Origin: Camelus dromedarius
Lineage: Eukaryota
DNA length: 64,000 bases
NCBI RefSeq assembly: GCF_036321535.1
Contig: NC_087437.1
Span: forward strand, 9,550,001-9,614,000
Direction of reading: 5' to 3'
This document shows, in pieces, positions 62,562-64,000 of the stretch (position 1 is its first letter; each line of letters opens with the position of its first letter). The notes under the pieces were generated by a model, which worked only from the letters and a program-made list of their open reading frames with translations, was not told the DNA's origin and made no database searches. The position numbers and the translations under genes were made by a program.

Positions 62562-64000
62562 CTTTTTCTTTTTTTAACATTTTTTATAGATTTATAATCA
62601 TTTTACAATGTTGTATCAAATTTCAGTGTAGAGCACAATTTTTCAGTTATACATGAACATACATATATTCATTGTCACATTCCTGTGACAATGTCCTCTC
62701 TGTGAGCTACCATAAGATCTTGTGTATGTTTCCCTGTGCTATACAGTATAATCTTGTTTATCTATTCTACAATTTTGAAATCCCATCTATCCCTTCCCAC
62801 CCTCCACCCCCTTGGCAACCACAAGTTTGTATTCTATGTCTATGAGTCTGTTTCTGTTTTGTATTTATGCTTTTTTTTTTTTTTTTTTTTTTTTAGATTC
62901 TACATATGAGCAATCTCATGTGGTATTTTTCTTTCTCTTTCTGGCTTACTTCACTTAGAATTACATTCTCCAGGAGCATCCATGTTGCTGCAAATGGCGT
63001 TATGTTGTTGGTTTTTATGGCTGAGTAGTATTCCATTGTATAAATATACCACTTCTTCTTTATCCAGTTATCCATTGATGGACATTTAGGCTGTCTCCAT
63101 GTCTTGGCTATTGTAAATAGTGCTGCTATGAACATTGGGGTGCAGGTATCATCCTGAAGCAGGGTTCCTTCTGGATATAAGCCCAGGAGCGGGATTCCTG
63201 GGTCACATGGTAAGTCTATTCCTAGTCTCTTGAGGAATCTCCATACTGTTTTCCACAGTGGCTGCACCAAACTGCATTCCCACCAGCAGTGTAGGAGGGT
63301 TCCCCTTTCTCCACAGCCTCTCCAGCATTTATCATTTGTGGATTTTTGAATGATGGCCATTCTGACTGGTGTGAGGTGATACCTCATTGTAGTTTGGATT
63401 TGCATTTCTCTGATAATTAGTGATATTGAGCATTTTTTCATGTGCCTTTTGATCATTTGTATGTCTTCCTTGGAGAATTGCTTGTTTAGGTCTTCTGACC
63501 ATTTTTGCATTGCGTTGTATGTTTTTTTTCTTATTAAGTCGTATGAGCTGCTTATATATTCTGGAGATCTAGACTTTGTCAGTTCCATTTGCAAAAATTT
63601 TTTCCCATTCTGTAGGTTGTCTTTTTGTTTTACTAATGGTTTCCTTTGCTGTGCAGAAGCCTGTAAGTTTCATTAGGTCCCATTTGTTTATTCTTGCTTT
63701 TATTTCTATTGCTTGAGTAGACCATTCTAGGAGAACATTCTTGAGATGTATGTCAGATCATGTTTTGCCTATATTTTCTTCAAGGAGGTTTATTGTATCT
63801 TGTCTTATGTTTAAGTCTTTGATCCATTTTGAGTTTATTTTTGTGTATGGTGTAAGGGAGTGTTCTAGCTTCATTGCTTTACATGCTGCTGTCCAGTTTT
63901 CCCAACACCATTTGCTGAAGAGACTGTCTTTATTCCATTGTATATTCTATATTCTTGCCTCCTTTGTCGAAGATGAGTTGACCAAAAGTTTGTGGGTTCA
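62562..64000 (-). mobile_element. Young lineage-specific LINE-1, 3' ~1.4 kb (continues past the window edge)
   Basis: T-rich tail, 3'UTR, and ORF2 C-terminal coding sequence with low apparent decay. Confidence 0.97.
62893..64000 (-). pseudogene. L1 ORF2p C-terminal region, disrupted
   Basis: 62893-63525 open with [18 protein letters not shown] (C-X3-C-X7-H-X4-C knuckle); upstream frame [28 protein letters not shown] has stops at 63758-63760 and 63569-63571 and frameshifts at about 63525 and 63942-63955. Confidence 0.93.

Noticed and set aside
63440..63676. 78-aa plus-strand ORF
   Set aside because: Antisense to L1 ORF2, a common artefact

Overview
Eukaryotic (mammalian) non-coding DNA with no recognisable host protein-coding exon, RNA gene, CRISPR array or prokaryotic feature. 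It looks like a gene desert or a large intron. Three tRNA-derived SINEs resembling the camelid Vic-1 family, the style of the young L1 3' ends, and no BovB/Bov-tA, PRE-1, Alu or CAN-SINE that I could see all point to a camelid genome (inference). A large part of the window is transposon-derived: a young but disrupted L1 at the right edge (ORF2 C-terminus with intact CCHC knuckle), many 5'-truncated L1 3' ends, old L1M/L2/MIR fragments, hAT/Tigger MITEs, MaLR/ERVL LTRs and several ERV1-type solo LTRs. Family names are from recalled consensus sequences, not a database search. The most interesting structures are: (i) three copies of one solo-LTR family with differently rearranged U3 repeats; (ii) an old ERVL provirus remnant carrying two younger LTRs; (iii) a twin-primed L1 5' inversion; (iv) template-switch hairpins; (v) a 3x20-bp PBX-HOX/ONECUT-motif tandem; (vi) several repeat-free, CpG-retaining, motif-dense segments that are candidate enhancers. 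I found no evidence for a genuinely new biological system.
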